Positions 1-12,362 of a stretch of 64,000 bases of DNA are shown here, in pieces (position 1 is the first letter of the stretch; each line of letters begins with the position of its first letter). This DNA comes from Nemertoderma westbladi (Eukaryota; Animalia; Xenacoelomorpha), in the NCBI GenBank assembly GCA_032718475.1, contig JAUCBJ010008027.1, positions 1 through 64,000 of the forward strand. The letters run 5' to 3'. A program made the position numbers and the translations under genes. The notes beneath the pieces were generated by a model. The model was not told the DNA's origin. It worked only from the letters and a program-made list of their open reading frames with translations, and searched no databases.

Positions 1-1
1 A

Positions 2-355
2 TGGAACTTCAAAGTTGGAAATCCTATCAATTACCAGCAGGTATATGGAGATCATTACTCTCGTTTATATTTTGATGGACCATTAACTGCGCCTGGTGCC
101 GTATATAGCTTTATGAGTGTTCCACTTCGCCCTTCCTTAGCTATATACACGATCTTTGAAAACGCAGCACTTGCCGGTTGGCTAGCCGATGTGTGCAGTC
201 GTACCATACGCGCTCATCCCTTAATACTTGGAACTAAACTCGCCAAGTTAGACGAACACAATAAGTTCATACGTTTCGAATGTTTCCAACTCAATGTTCT
301 GACAGACTGGATCAAGCTGTTTTTGTACCTAGGACCTTCCATAATGCTAGCATAA
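2..355 (+). CDS. Possible 3' end of an unidentified ORF running in from the left edge
   Basis: Frame is open from base 2 to TAA at 355 (WNFKVGNPINYQQVYGDHYSRLYFDGP...GPSIMLA) and is less AT-rich than the flanks; no recognisable domain. Confidence 0.25.
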   Translation, partial: WNFKVGNPINYQQVYGDHYSRLYFDGPLTAPGAVYSFMSVPLRPSLAIYTIFENAALAGWLADVCSRTIRAHPLILGTKLAKLDEHNKFIRFECFQLNVLTDWIKLFLYLGPSIMLA

Positions 356-448
356 AGCAACTCATACATTCCGGATGGTTGAAATTAAAGGAGGTTACTC
401 TGGCCAAGTAGTTTTTTGATGTCCACTGCACTCAAGTGGGATATACAT

Positions 449-1675
449 TAGGGTAGGTCGATTTTTACTTTTTTTGGATATCTAGATTTTCTCATTGATA
501 AAAAGTGGCCTTGGGTCCTAAAACTTTGTAGAAACGAAATTTTAACTCCTAAAAATCATGTTTGACCCCTGCACTGGACGTCGTCCAGTTCCCGCCCTAG
601 CCGCTAGTGAGTCATTTTCCCAATTATTGTGATGATCAACTTCTAGTATTCCTACCGCATTGATATTATGCTCATTAGAACCGCAATGACCGATTTAGTT
701 GGTGTAAACACCTTCAAAACAAGCATAGAGCGAGTAGTTTTTGAGATATTGCAGAATATGTGAAGTCCGGTACAAGTCAACATTAGCGCCTTGATGCGGT
801 ATTGACAAATACACTAAAAATGATACTTCTAATTATCTCAAGGCATCCACAATTTACACATAACTGCAATGATCAATTTAGGGGATGTTGACACTCTAAA
901 AATATTAATTGAGTGATTAGTTTTCGAGTTATTGTACAAAATGTCAAGGTTAGGTCCACCAATTAATGACCTTATATTGAGCTGACTCAGTCCAGACGTT
1001 TTGTACAATAACTCGAGAACTAATCACTGAACTCATATTATTAGAGTTTCAACATCCCCTAAATTGATCACTGCAGTTATGTGTAAATTGTGGATGCCTT
1101 GAGATAATTAAAAGTATCATTTTTAGTGTATTTGTCAATACCGCATCAAGGCGCTAATGTTGACTTGTACCGGACTTCACATATTCTGCAATATCTCAAA
1201 AACTACTCGCTCTATGCTTGTTTTGAAGGTGTCTACACCAACTAAATCGGTCATTGCGGTTCTAATGAGCATAATATCAATGCGGTAGGAATACTAGAAG
1301 TTGATCATCACAATAATTGGGAAAATGACTCACTAGCGGCTAGGGCGGGAACTGGACGACGTCCAGTGCAGGGGTCAAACATAATTTTTAGCGCTCTATG
1401 CTTGTTTTGAAGGTGTCTACACCAACTAAATCGGTCATTGCGGTTCTAATGAGCATAATATCAATGCGGTAGGAATACTAGAAGTTGATCATCACAATAA
1501 TTGGGAAAATGACTCACTAGCGGCTAGGGCGGGAACTGGACGACGTCCAGTGCAGGGGTCAAACATAATTTTTAGGAGTTAAAATTTTGTTTCTACAAAG
1601 TTTTAGGACCCAAGGCCACTTTTTATCAATGAGAAAATCTAGATATCCAAAAAAAGTAAAAATCGACCTACCCTA
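449..1675. mobile_element. Non-autonomous hAT-type foldback element (MITE)
   Basis: Termini TAGGGTAGGTCG...CGACCTACCCTA; arms are near-perfect inverted repeats over about 500 bp; 8-bp TSD ATATACAT at 441-448 and 1676-1683; right arm carries a ~183-bp tandem duplication (about 1208-1391 / 1392-1574). Confidence 0.9.
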
Positions 1676-2174
1676 ATATACATTCTGACAGATTGGCTAG
1701 GGTTGAAAATTTAATTATGGAAAACAGGCCAGACAGCAGAGCATTGATTCAAAATTTAATAGCTGATGAAACTTTGCCTTTATCAGTTGGATAATTGTAC
1801 TCTTTTCAAAAATAAAACTGTAACATGTTCTATTATGTTTTCATTTATTGTATTGGTTAGAATAACGTGCCATTGTAACCTGCTCCTTTCCCTTACTGAT
1901 CCTAAATTACATAACTCTAAGGTTATTATTGAGAATCCGCTTCTTATCCTCCTTTAAATAAACGAAGAAGCGTTTCATCAGTTAATCCCTGAAATTAAAA
2001 CAAATATTATAAATAGATAGAACAAAAATAAATGTATGTTACATTCGGGCTTAGTAATTTATAGATCCAATGTAACATAGTTATAGGATCCAATGTAACA
2101 TAATTGCGGTTACGTTCGATTCCAAATAACTATGTTACATTCGATCCTGATTACATTCAGTCTGTCACCCCTAA

Positions 2175-2361
2175 ATGCCAGAATGCCAAAGTGCCTTTAC
2201 TGCTTTAGGGAACTCTTACAATTTATACTACAGTTCCCCTAAACAGCTAAAGCACTAAGGCATTTTGGCATTTACACTGGATGCAATTATCTTGGGTACC
2301 TGGAAAATGCCAAAGTGCCTTTTAGGGAATTCTTAAGGATTTATACTACAGTTCCCCTAAA
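2175..2361. repeat. Two copies of a short palindromic MITE-like repeat; the second is cut by the LINE 3' end
   Basis: AATGCCAAAGTGCCTT...TAGGGAA...TTCCCCTAAA...AAGGCATTTTGGCATT at about 2181-2273; repeated from about 2305 and interrupted at 2361. Confidence 0.55.
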
Positions 2362-2776
2362 CTTGACTTGACTTGACTTATTGTTTTATTTAATAATTGT
2401 CGATAAACATACACTGCACCACTAAATAAACCAAAACAACACCCAAAAAAGGATATAAAAAAGAGACAGTGGGCAGTCCTACTCAATGGCGGGGCCAGCA
2501 AGATAGCACAATTTGCTAGTAGGTGCTGTACCCCTTAAAATATAAAAAATTATATACAATACGTATAATAGTCATATACACATATGAATCATAGTTTGAT
2601 TTTAAAGTAAATGAATAGTATCCCAATGAAAATGGAACAAAATATAAAACAAACAACCAAATATCACTTTCAATTAAAAAATTTGTACACAATTGAGCGA
2701 TTTAATACCGAAACTCTTTATTCACAAAAAAACCAATTAAACGTAATTTGTTACTTGACACCGCACACAGATAGTA

Positions 2777-3732
2777 ACGGATAAGTCACAGTAGGCCCTA
2801 TGTAACATGACCCCGTGCCCGGGTAGTGATGGATAAGGACATGTAGCAAATTGATAAAATATAGTATGCCTTAAGTAACATGACCCCGTGTCCGGGTAGT
2901 GATGGATAAGTTACAGTAGGCCCAATGTAACATGTCCCAGTGTCCGGGTAGTGATGAATGAGTTACAAATGGATATGGATAAGTTACAGTAGGCCGTATG
3001 TAACATGACCCCGTGTCCGGGTAGAGATGGGTGAGTTACAAATGGATATGGATAAGTCACAGTAGGCCTTATGTAACATGACCCCGTGTCCGGGTAGTGA
3101 TGGATAAGTTACAGTAGGCCTTATGTAACATGACCCCGTGTCCGGGTAGTTATGGATGAATTACAAATGGATAAGTTACAGTAGGCCGTATGTAACATGA
3201 CCCCGTGTCCGGGTAGTGATGGATAAGTTACAGTAGGCCTTATGTAACATGACCCCGTGTCCGGGTAGTGATGGATAAGCCACAGTAGGCCCTATGTAAC
3301 ATTTCCCCGTGTCCGGGTAGAGATGGATGAGTTACAAATGGATAAGTTACAGTAGGCCGTATGTAACATGACCCCGTGTCCGGGTAGAGATGGATGAGTT
3401 ACAAATGGATATGGATAAGTCACAGTAGGCCTTATGTAGCATGACCCCGTGTCCGGGTAGTGATGGATAAGTTACAGTAGGCCGTATGTAACATGACCCC
3501 GTGTCCGGGTAGTTATGGATGAACTACAAATGGATAAGTTACAGTAGGCCGTATGTAACATGACCCCGTGTCCGGGTAGTGATGGATAAGTTACAGTAGG
3601 CCTTATGTAACATGACCCCGTGTCCGGGTAGTGATGGATAAGTTACAGTAGGCCTTATGTAACATTTCCCCGTGTCCGGGTAGAGATGGATGAATTACAA
3701 ATGGATAAGTTACAGTAGGCCGTATGTAACAT
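2777..3732. repeat. 52-bp minisatellite (~15 units) in the LINE 3' UTR
   Basis: Unit GGATAAGTTACAGTAGGCCKTATGTAACATGACCCCGTGTCCGGGTAGTGAT, some units with a 15-21-bp insert. Confidence 0.95.
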
Positions 3733-3769
3733 AATATATATTATTAGGAGAAACGTAAAAAATATGTGA

Positions 3770-6700
3770 CTACGAAGCAGATAGGCCATCTGAATTAAGT
3801 AGATGAGCTTTTAACTTATTTACAAACAGACGCTTCCCTCGTATATTGCGAAGTTCGTTAGGTAAAGCATTCCATGTTACTGGACCCATGTAACTTAAGG
3901 ACATTTGACCAACGACCAGTTCTCTGCGAGGTATAAAGAATAAATTGTTAGACGCGGCTCTTGTATTATGCGAATGTTTTGTATGTATTTTCTCAAACAT
4001 GTTGTATATGCCAGTTTTGTCATAACGGTAATGTATACTGTGCATAAATGTAGCTAATTGTAACCTATATAAGTGTTGAATTGGTAGGATACCTTGTGAC
4101 TTATATATGGGAAATGATGAGGATCTATATTCTGCGAACGTTATACACCTGAGTATTTTGTTTATTTTCACTCGAATTTTTTCAATTTTAGACACACCAG
4201 CAGAACCCCAGCAGATTAGGCCGTATTGAATGTAGGGGTGTACAAGCGAGAAATAAAGAAGTTTTAGTACATGTAGAGGGAAAATATATCTTAATTTGTA
4301 AAAAATACCAGAAACCTTAGAGATTTTACTTAATACATGTTTCACTTGTGAATTCCAAGACAGATGGTTGTCAATAAAAATACCTAGGTATTTTACTGCA
4401 CATACTTCCTTTAAAACGGTGTTATCTACTGATATGTTAATATTGTAATTTTGTTTATTCGTGAAAATTACATACTCCGTCTTAGACAGATTTAAGGATA
4501 ATCTATTTGATATGAGCCAATAACTAATACCGGTTAATTCAGAGCAAAGTTTATGTTGTATTTCAGCATCCGACTTAGAACTATAAATAAAACTAGTATC
4601 ATCAGCAAATAACACAGTGGTCAAGGATGTTGCTTGCGGTAGGTCATTTATGTATATGAGGAAAAATAACGGACCTAGAATTGAACCCTGTGGCACACCG
4701 CAACTAATTTTAAGACTGCCTGAACTAAGTGACCCAAATGCAACATGTTGAGTTCTATTTGATAAGTAGTTTTTTATTAACTCGTGAGGCCTCCCTCTAA
4801 TTCCATAACAGTTCAGTTTATCTAGAAGAATACGATGGTTTATCGTATCAAATGCTTTTTTTAAATCTACAAACACGCCACAAGCTGATTCACTACTATC
4901 CAGAGTTTCTCTGATTTTTTCAGTAATTTCTAAAATTGCATGAAAAGTGCTGTGAGATTTACGGAATCCGAACTGTTTCGGATTTAGAATGTTGTTTCTC
5001 CCAAAAAAGGACAGTAGCTGGTCATATATAATTTTCTCGTATATCTTGCTAAATAAAGGCAAAATTGATACCGGTCTATAGTTACCTCTATCAGTTGGCT
5101 CGCCCTTTTTAAATACTGGTATTACACGTGCTTGTTTGAGTTGGTCAGGGAATGATGAAAATCGAAATGAAATATTTATTAGGTATTCAAGATGATATGA
5201 TAATTCCCTGTAGTACATTCTAACTAATTTGCACGGAAAGGTATCATTAGTCGCACTGGATTCACTAAGGTTCAAAATATGATACTGTATCTCAGCCGAT
5301 GAAGTTTCAATTAGTGCGAAAGACGAAGATACTGAGCAACGTCTGGGAATGAAACTTAATGGATTTAATCTGGATACCGGGATTTTTACATCCAATTGCT
5401 TCCCAATATTAGCGAAAAAACTATTGAATGAATCAGCAATACTTTGGGGATCTATTATATTACATTTTGTATTATTATTTCCTACTATCAGTTTCTGTGG
5501 CCTATTCGATTTTGAGCGGCCCGTTATTACAGAATTAATGACTCGCCATGTCCTTTTTATATTTCCACCACATTGTCTAAATCTAGTTTCATAATACCGC
5601 TTCTCAGCCAACCTCAGAATGTAGGTGAGCTTGTTGCGATACCGTTTATATATTTCAAGATTGGCTGAAGTTGGTTTTTTCAAATATTTTATGTATAATT
5701 TATTCTTTATATAAATTGACTTTAATATCCCAGTACTTATCCATGGCCTGCGCGGGGTCGCATTCTTATATTTAAGCTCTTTTAGAGGAAGGTGATAGTT
5801 ACAAATTTTAGTAAAATTGTCATTGAAGGTATTGAACATATCTGATGTATGTATAGATTCATTGCGGTATGTCCATGTATTAGGATTTCTTAAATCTTTT
5901 AAAAAAGCTGCTGAATCAAAGGCACTATAATCGTAACCGTAGTGTTTATCTTGTGAAAAGTAATTCGAGTAATCTTTAATAAGACAGAAAATTGGATAGT
6001 GATCACTTGTTCCAATTTGCGTTAGAAATACTCCGCTGTGGATTACTTGGGCACCAATATTAGTGGCAATGTGATCAATAAGAAATTTACTGTTTTTGTA
6101 TATACGTGTGGCCTCAGTAATTAGTTGCTTATAACCAAAAGAAGATAGTAGGTCTTTGTAGGTTTGAGATCGGTCACTTTGTTTCAGCAGATTTATATTA
6201 GTGTCACCGCAAATTAAAATATCATTATTTTTTTTACTAAGTTTTGTTAGGGTGTCATCGAGTTTCTGCATAAATATATCGTATGGAAAAAGTTTCTCTG
6301 ATCTATATATACATCCCACAATCAGGGTTTTCTTACTTGTCGTATAAGGTAATTCAACCCATAAATTATCATGCCCCGGAATTTTTAAATCTGGTCTTGG
6401 TGTAAAAGATAAACCCTTCTTAATGTAAATGGCACAACCACCACGAGCTTCCCCTGAATCGCGATGGTCAAATATTGGGTCATTGTAACCGTCAATATTT
6501 AGCAATTTAATTCGATTATCGTCCTTAGAGAACGTCTCAGTAAAAGCCAGTACATCGAATTGACTATCTAGACCCGCGATATATTCGGATATATCCCGTA
6601 TATTTGTTGCCAAACTTCGGCAATTTAAATGCATCAACGATATATTTTTTTCCGTGTCACCAAATTTATTATTAAAGAGGTCTTGGTCATAATAGCCACC

Positions 6701-7072
6701 AGGTATACTGGCGTCAACTAAATTATCATCAGGGTCAATGTCAGCAAAAAAGTTGCCAGATTCAAGTATATTATCTACATTATTCGTACTGTGAAATACA
6801 TCACTATCCGTGCTTGGTACATTAAAAAAGGGGAAAATGGAGCTGTAACAAAATATACAATACAAAGCCCCATAATTAGTGGATGATAAATTATGATAGG
6901 CATCATCCAGAGACATACAAGTTCCACATTGTAAATGAAAATTACATTCGCAAATAGAACAATAGAATCGGTTTAGGTCCTTATAAGAAAAACAACTAAA
7001 ACATAGTGAGCATGAATCAGGTGTTAGGTTGATATTCGGTTGTTGGTTATTAGGGTTTACTTTTACTGACAT
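3770..7072 (-). CDS. LINE ORF2: N-terminal PHD finger, AP endonuclease, reverse transcriptase (1100 aa, uninterrupted)
   Basis: C4HC3 pattern CSLC..CSIC..H..C..CIFC; APE motifs HLNCRSL, TET, GDTN, IDHI, SDH; RT motifs NYRPVS, QFGFR, DLKKAFD, GVPQGSILGP, FADD, KYLG. Confidence 0.96.
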   Translation of the reverse strand: MSVKVNPNNQQPNINLTPDSCSLCFSCFSYKDLNRFYCSICECNFHLQCGTCMSLDDAYHNLSSTNYGALYCIFCYSSIFPFFNVPSTDSDVFHSTNNVDNILESGNFFADIDPDDNLVDASIPGGYYDQDLFNNKFGDTEKNISLMHLNCRSLATNIRDISEYIAGLDSQFDVLAFTETFSKDDNRIKLLNIDGYNDPIFDHRDSGEARGGCAIYIKKGLSFTPRPDLKIPGHDNLWVELPYTTSKKTLIVGCIYRSEKLFPYDIFMQKLDDTLTKLSKKNNDILICGDTNINLLKQSDRSQTYKDLLSSFGYKQLITEATRIYKNSKFLIDHIATNIGAQVIHSGVFLTQIGTSDHYPIFCLIKDYSNYFSQDKHYGYDYSAFDSAAFLKDLRNPNTWTYRNESIHTSDMFNTFNDNFTKICNYHLPLKELKYKNATPRRPWISTGILKSIYIKNKLYIKYLKKPTSANLEIYKRYRNKLTYILRLAEKRYYETRFRQCGGNIKRTWRVINSVITGRSKSNRPQKLIVGNNNTKCNIIDPQSIADSFNSFFANIGKQLDVKIPVSRLNPLSFIPRRCSVSSSFALIETSSAEIQYHILNLSESSATNDTFPCKLVRMYYRELSYHLEYLINISFRFSSFPDQLKQARVIPVFKKGEPTDRGNYRPVSILPLFSKIYEKIIYDQLLSFFGRNNILNPKQFGFRKSHSTFHAILEITEKIRETLDSSESACGVFVDLKKAFDTINHRILLDKLNCYGIRGRPHELIKNYLSNRTQHVAFGSLSSGSLKISCGVPQGSILGPLFFLIYINDLPQATSLTTVLFADDTSFIYSSKSDAEIQHKLCSELTGISYWLISNRLSLNLSKTEYVIFTNKQNYNINISVDNTVLKEVCAVKYLGIFIDNHLSWNSQVKHVLSKISKVSGIFYKLRYIFPLHVLKLLYFSLVHPYIQYGLICWGSAGVSKIEKIRVKINKILRCITFAEYRSSSFPIYKSQGILPIQHLYRLQLATFMHSIHYRYDKTGIYNMFEKIHTKHSHNTRAASNNLFFIPRRELVVGQMSLSYMGPVTWNALPNELRNIRGKRLFVNKLKAHLLNSDGLSAS

Positions 7073-7560
7073 AGATATATATAATGTAGTTCTATAGATC
7101 CTACTAACACTACAGTACCTACAAGTCGGTTAATATGTGTACGTACACACACATAGAACAATACAAGATTCTTACGTTGTTAGGAATTGGCGCTATTGGA
7201 ATGGCCACCTGCCAGCCCACTGTCTCCGCCAATTATAAATGTAATTTATAAAACGATATCGGACTGAATGCACACGATACGTAGTACTTTAAAATTTCCC
7301 CATTATGCATCCAAGTAATAGTAAATAGCGCAAAAGCTGGTACTAAATTACAAAAAAAAAAGAAAAAAAATAGTAAATAGCTCCCTGATGACATAATTTT
7401 CTGACAAGATTCTAAAAAATATAGTAAGACATGGAAGCTCTTCTGCAATTCACGATATTTATAGGATATATATAGGCCTACCGTATTTAAAGGGCTCTTA
7501 CAGGAGTAAATATGTTAAGGTTCACTTGATCATACAGATAATTACTCACTCAGTCTGAAT

Positions 7561-8439
7561 TCACTGATCGCAATCGTCCGTCAATACATCGAACCCGTTA
7601 CTCGTCCCAGTGCTGGTACTTACAATGGTGCTGTTAGTCTTCCGAGAACGAGTGGAAACTCCAAGAAACTCCCGATTTATGGAATTGGTTTCGGCATTAT
7701 CAGAAACGGAAATTGGATTACCCGTACCGGCAGCCAGGAGAGAAGTGATATCTTTAATGCTGCGAACAACGTGAGGTCGACTACCGGCATCAGGTCCTTC
7801 TTTGACACGGATGTTTATTACGCCATTTATCGAGTACGCAGCATGAATCCGACCCGCCCGTTTGTGTGACTTTGCTTCTCGTAGAATTTCAGCCCTCGCC
7901 GGAGTCAGGTGGTCGCTAACGTAAATCCCCTTCGGAAACTCCTTACGCTTTCCGAAAATTGCATAGCGAGTCGAATGACCAAGAAAGCGAACAATGACTG
8001 GTCTTACTTTACCCTGCGTCGGATTGGGCCCACCTGAGGGACTATTAGAAGCGGAGGAACCCAAGCTAGTGCCGTGTGCCGTTGCCGGGAAGTATTTCCC
8101 GAGCCGATGTACAACGTCGATTACATCAGGATTTATCCCGATGCATGTCAGTAATTCTACGATCTTTATCCGATCATTATGGAAGGAAGATTCAGGGATC
8201 CCGTGAAATAGAACACAGTTTCTACGTATATACTGTTGCAAATCATCATTCGACTCGGACAGCTGATTTAACTTGGAACGGAACGTGGCATTCTCCTTTT
8301 TGAGAAATTCATTTTCGGCGATTATATTTGAGATAAGATCTAGTTGTGGTTTGAAGGACTTAATACAAGAGATGTCATTTTCAAGTGCAGCAAATTTCTG
8401 CTCAATTAGGGCCTCGATTTTATGTATTTGCGACGACAG
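7561..8439 (-). pseudogene. LINE ORF1 (coiled coil + RRM-type L1/CR1 ORF1), N-terminus replaced by a minisatellite
   Basis: Heptad region ENEFLKKENATFRSKLNQL then QYIRRNCVLFHGIPE, HRLGK, RPVIVRF, IYVSDHLT motifs typical of L1/CR1-type ORF1; no native start codon. Confidence 0.85.
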
Positions 8440-11400
8440 TGGACGGTGTGGGAGACGGAGTAGGAAGTACAGGAAGATCTGTGGACGGTGTGGGAGACGG
8501 AGTGGGAAGTACAGGAGGATCTTTGGAGGGTGTGGGAGACGGAGTGGGAGGTATGGGGGATCTGTGGAGGGTGTGGGAGACGGAGTGGGAAGTACAGGAG
8601 GATCTTTGGAGGATGTGGGAGGCGGAGTCGGAAGTATGGGGGGATCTGTGGATGGTGTAGGAGACAGAGTGGGAGGTATGGGGGAATCCGTGGAGGGTGT
8701 AGTAGACGGAGTGGGAAGTACAGGAGGAGCTTTGGAGGGTGTGGGAGACGGAGTGGGAAGTACAGGAGGATCTTTGGAGGGTGTGGGAGACGGAGTGGGA
8801 GGTATGGGGGATCTGTGGAGGGTGTGGGAGACAGAGTGGGTAAATACAGGACAATCTGTGGATGGTGTAGGAGACGGAGTGGGAGGTATGGGGGGATCTG
8901 TGGAGGGTGTAGGAGACGGAGTGGGAAGTACAGGAGGATCTTTGGAGGGTGTGGGAGGCGGAGTCGGAAGTACCTGAGGATCTGTGGATGGTGTAGGAGA
9001 CGGAGTGGGAGGTATGGGGGGATCTGTGGAGGGTGTAGGAGACGGAGTGGGAAGTACAGGAGGATCTTTGGAGGGTGTGGGAGGCGGAGTGGGAAGTACA
9101 GGAGGATCTTTGGAGGGTGTGGGATGCGGAGTCGGTAGTACATGAGGATCTGTGGATGGTGTAGGGGACGGAGTGGGTGGTATGGGGGGATCTGTGGAGG
9201 GTGTAGGAGACGGAGTGGGAAGTACAGGAGGATCTGTGGAGGGTGTGGGAGGCGGAGTGGGAAGTACAGGAGGATCTTTGGAGGGTGTGGGAGACGGAGT
9301 GAAAAGTACACGATGATCTGTGGACGGTGTGGGAGACGGAGTGGGAAGTACAGGAAGATCTGTGGACGGTGTGGGAGACGGAGTGGGAAGTACAGGAGGA
9401 TCTTTGGAGGGTGTGGGAGACGGAGTGGGAGGTATGGGGGGATCTGTGGAGGGTGTGGGAGACGGAGTGGGAAGTACAGGAGGATCTTTGGAGGATGTGG
9501 GAGGCGGAGTCGGAAGTATGGGGGGATCTGTGGATGGTGTAGGAGACGGAGTGGGAGGTATGGGGGGATCTGTGGAGGGTGTAGTAGACGGAGTGGGAAG
9601 TACAGGAGGAGCTTTGGAGGGTGTGGGAGACGGAGTGGAAAGTACAGGAGGATCTGTGGACGGTGTGGGAGACGGAGTGGGAAGTACAGGAGGATCTGTG
9701 GACGGTGTGGGAGGCGGAGTCGGAAGTATGGGGGATCTGTGGATGGTGTAGGAGACGGAGTGGGAGGTATGGGGGGATCTGTGGAGGGTGTGGGAGGCGA
9801 AGTGGGAAGTATGGGGGGATCTGTGGAGGGTGTGGGAGACGGAGTGGGAAGTACAGGAGGATCTTTGGAGGGTGTGGGAGGCGGTGTGGGAAGTATGGGG
9901 GGATCTGTGGATGGTGTAGGAGACGGAGTGGAAAGTACAGGAGGATCTGTGGACGGTGTGGGAGGCGGAGTGGGAAGTACAGGAGGATCTTTGGAGGGTG
10001 TGGGAGGCGGAGTCGGAAGTACAGGAGGATCTTTGGAGGGTGTGGGAGGCGGAGACGGAAGTACATGAGGATCTGTGGACGGTGTGGGAGACGGAGTGGG
10101 AAATACAGGAGGATCTGTGGATGGTGTAGGAGACGGAGTGGGAGGTATGGGGGGATCTGTGGAGGGTGTAGGAGACGGAGTGGGAAGTACAGGAGGATCT
10201 TTGGAGGGTGTGGGAGGCGGAGTAGGAAGTACATGAGGATCTGTGGATGGTGTAGGAGACGGAGTGGGAGGTATGGGGGGATCTGTGGAGGGTGTAGGAG
10301 ACGGAGTGGGAAGTACAGGAGGATCTTTGGAGGGTGTGGGATGCGGAGTCGGAAGTACATGAGGATCTGTGGATGGTGTAGGAGACGGAGTGGGTGGTAT
10401 GGGGGGATCTGTGGAGGGTGTAGGAGACGGAGTGGGAAGTACAAGAGGATCTGTGGAGGGTGTGGGAGGCGGAGTGGGAAGTACAGGAGGATCTTTGGAG
10501 GGTGTGGGAGACAGAGTGAAAAGTACACGATGATCTGTGGACGGTGTGGGAGACGGAGTAGGAAGTACAGGAAGATCTGTGGACGGTGTGGGAGACGGAG
10601 TGGGAAGTACAGGAGGATCTTTGGAGGGTGTGGGAGACGGAGTGGGAGGTATGGGGGGATCTGTGGAGGGTGTGGGAGACGGAGTGGGAAGTACAGGAGG
10701 ATCTTTGGAGGATGTGGGAGGCGGAGTCGGAAGTATGGGGGGATCTGTGGATGGTGTAGGAGACGGAGTGGGAGGTATGGGGGAATCTGTGGAGGGTGTA
10801 GTAGACGGAGTGGGAAGTACAGGAGGAGCTTTGGAGGGTGTGGGAGACGGAGTGGAAAGTACAGGAGGATCTGTGGACGGTGTGGGAGACGGAGTGGGAA
10901 GTACAGGAGGATCTGTGGACGGTGTGGGAGACGGAGTGGGAAGTACAGGAGGATCTTTGGAGGGTGTGGGAGACGGAGTGGGAGGTATGGGGGATCTGTG
11001 GAGGGTGTGGGAGATGGAGTGGGAAATACAGGAGGATCTGTGGATGGTGTAGGAGACGGAGTGGGAGGTATGGGGGGATCTGTGGAGGGTGTAGGAGACG
11101 GAGTGGGAAGTACAGGAGGATCTGTGGAGGGTGTGGGAGGCGGAGTGGGAAATACAGGAGGATCTGTGGACGGTGTAGGAGACGGAGTGGGTGGTATGGG
11201 GGGATCTGTGGAGGGTGTAGGAGACGGAGTGGGAAGTACAGGAGGATCTGTGGAGGGTGTGGGAGGCGGAGTGGGAAGTACAGGAGGATCTTTGGAGGGT
11301 GTGGGAGACGGAGTGAAAAGTACACGATGATCTGTGGACGGTGTGGGAGACGGAGTGGGAAGTACAGGAAGATCTGTGGACGGTGTGGGAGACGGAGTGG

Positions 11401-12362
11401 GAAGTACAGGAGGATCTTTGGAGGGTGTGGGAGACGGAGTGGGAGGTATGGGGGGATCTGTGGAGGGTGTGGGAGACGGAGTGGGAAGTACAGGAGGATC
11501 TTTGGAGGATGTGGGAGGCGGAGTCGGAAGTATGGGGGGATCTGTGGATGGTGTAGGAGACGGAGTGGGAGGTATGGGGGGGGATCTGTGGAGGGTGTAG
11601 TAGACGGAGTGGGAAGTACAGGAGGAGCTTTGGAGGGTGTGGGAGACGGAGTGGAAAGTACAGGAGGATCTGTGGACGGTGTGGGAGACGGAGTGGGAAG
11701 TACAGGAGGATCTGTGGACGGTGTGGGAGACGGAGTGGGAAGTACAGGAGGATCTTTGGAGGGTGTGCGGGGCGGAGTCGGAAGTATGGGGGATCTGTGG
11801 ATGGTGTAGGAGACGGAGTGGGAGGTATGGGTGGATCTGTGGAGGGTGTGGGAGGCGAATTGGGAAAAAGTATGGGGGGGATCTGTGGACGGTGTGGGAG
11901 ACGGAGTGGGAAGTACAGGAGGATCTTTGGAGGGTGTGGGAGGCGGTGTGGGAAGTATGGGGGGATCTGTGGATGGTGTAGGAGACGGAGTGGGAGGTAT
12001 GGGGGAATCTGTGGAGGGTGTAGGAGACGGAGTGGGAAATACAGGAGGATCTTTGGGGGGTGTGGGAGGCGGAGTCGGAAGTATGGGGGGATTTGTGGAT
12101 GGTGTAGGAGATGGAGTGGGATGTATGGGGGGATCTGTGGACGGTGTGGGAGACGGAGTGGGAAGAACAGGAGGATCTTTGGAGGGTGTGGGAGGCGGTG
12201 TGGGAAGTATGGGGGGATCTGTGGATGGTGTAGGAGACGGAGTGGGAGGTATGGGGGATCTGTGAATGGTGAAGGAGACGGAGTGGGAAATACAGGAGGA
12301 TCTTTGGAGGGTGTAGGAGACGGAGTGGGAAGTACAGGAGGGTCTGTGGATGGTCTGTGGAT
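8439..12362. repeat. 42-bp G-rich minisatellite (~93 units) with higher-order block duplications
   Basis: Unit GATCTGTGGAGGGTGTGGGAGACGGAGTGGGAAGTACAGGAG; variant blocks recur at about 9310, 10527 and 11324; minus strand reads ([14 protein letters not shown])n in one frame. Confidence 0.97.

Larger units (their letters stand above)
2361..8438 (-). mobile_element. CR1-group (CR1/L2/Crack/Daphne-like) non-LTR retrotransposon, 5' end missing
   Basis: ORF1 remnant + ~490-bp spacer + APE/RT ORF2 + 1.4-kb 3' UTR ending in AATAAA (2385-2390, minus) and a (CAAGT)n tandem tail at 2361-2379. Confidence 0.9.
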
